Positions 63,350-64,000 of a DNA stretch of 64,000 bases are shown here, in pieces. Source of the DNA: a bacterium (lineage in GTDB: Bacteria; Actinomycetota; Acidimicrobiia; Acidimicrobiales; CATQHL01); contig JAPONU010000255.1 of assembly GCA_026713745.1 (NCBI GenBank), positions 8,371 to 72,370 on the forward strand. The letters run 5' to 3'. Numbering within the stretch: the stretch's first letter is position 1; each line of letters opens with the position of its first letter. A program made the translations under genes and the position numbers. Below the pieces are notes generated by a model. The model did no database searches, was not told where the DNA came from, and worked only from the letters and a program-made list of their open reading frames with translations.

Positions 63350-64000
63350 TCAGCCCACCCGCCGGGAGCCTGCGGCCGGCGCCGCGGTACGTTCCCGGCC
63401 GGGTCGGTGGAACCGGGCAAGCAGCGTCCGCGTGCGCCGCTTCATCTTGAGGGATTCCACCGGGCCGGCGTGGTCGTGCCCAAGCAGGTGCAGGACGCCG
63501 TGCACGATGAGCAGTGCCAGCTCATCGGCCGGCGCGTGCCCCGCCTCGTCCGCCTGGCGGGCCGCGACCTGCGGGCAGACGACGACATCGCCGATCAGCA
63601 GAGGGGGATCTCCCACCGGAGCCCTCCGCAGTGAGCGGCGTGCGCTCGCCTCCACTGGGAACGCCAGTACGTCGGTCGGATGGTCGCTGTGGAGCCACAC
63701 CGACGCCAATGCGGCAATCTCGGACTCGCCCACGAAAGCCAGACCCAATTCGGCCGGACGCCGGACACCTTCACTGTGAGCAACCGACGCCGCCAGCAGG
63801 CCCCACCGGTTTAGGTCGAGCGCCTCGGGTCCGGCAGCGTCGGCGCCGCCGTGCCGGTCGACCGCTTCGACGGCGACGGGCCCGTGTACGACCCGCCGAG
63901 GAGGTCTCGGCTCTTCATCGGGGTGCCCCGTCGGCAACCGTTCGGCCGGCGAGTCCGCCCTCCGGCCACCCGGCGAGTCCGCCGGCCCCTCCTCGGTCAC
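63350..64000 (-). CDS. ybeY: Endoribonuclease YbeY (rRNA maturation); the 5' end is at or beyond the window edge
   Basis: PTDVLAFP and the metal motif HGVLHLLGHDH. The reading frame stays open to base 64000, so the true start is unresolved. Confidence 0.85.
   Translation of the reverse strand: MTEEGPADSPGGRRADSPAERLPTGHPDEEPRPPRRVVHGPVAVEAVDRHGGADAAGPEALDLNRWGLLAASVAHSEGVRRPAELGLAFVGESEIAALASVWLHSDHPTDVLAFPVEASARRSLRRAPVGDPPLLIGDVVVCPQVAARQADEAGHAPADELALLIVHGVLHLLGHDHAGPVESLKMKRRTRTLLARFHRPGRERTAAPAAGSRRVG

Overview
This is a very GC-rich chromosomal segment that looks actinobacterial. The evidence is Bpa, SepF, DivIVA, MtrAB-LpqB and an FtsZ ending in DIPSFLR. I call about 62 protein genes, RNase P RNA and three tRNAs, and I see no CRISPR array or mobile element. 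The core (7.0-24.2 kb, minus strand) is a complete division/cell-wall cluster in the order mraZ-rsmH-ftsL-ftsI-murE-mraY-murD-ftsW-murG-murC-murB-ftsQ-ftsZ-pgeF-yggS-sepF-yggT-divIVA. Most junctions in it are 4-nt ATGA or GTGA overlaps, and murF is absent. Flanking genes are mostly housekeeping: a dnaE 5' end, bpa, an Rrf2 regulator, rluD-lspA-dksA-like, ileS, a MoxR-DUF58-transglutaminase triad, dinB, mtrA-mtrB with a short lpqB, pfkA, an aminotransferase, a ROK kinase, a GT4 glycosyltransferase, queG, trpD, an FGGY kinase, rnpB, dnaG plus a sigma factor, glyQS, recO, uppS, dinG, era, a CBS/CorC protein and ybeY. The standout is one uninterrupted minus-strand ORF of about 1124 codons (42814-46188). 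It fuses a squalene-monooxygenase-like flavoprotein to a triterpene cyclase that carries the oxidosqualene-cyclase VTDCTAE motif rather than the hopene-cyclase DxDDTA motif. That would put the first two sterol-type steps in one polypeptide. Secondary observations: a helix of about 31 bp burying the rsmH start region; a promoter-like element with a 5' hairpin upstream of mraZ; an unexplained noncoding region of about 490 bp with tandem 12- and 13-mers, whose GGGCCGATTGG core recurs next to the mraZ promoter; an AT-rich palindrome before ftsZ; and a structured ileS leader. Start codons were chosen by eye from family N-termini and operon overlaps, so many are shorter than the ORF-track maximum. 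All family assignments come from motif recognition in the translations, not from database searches.
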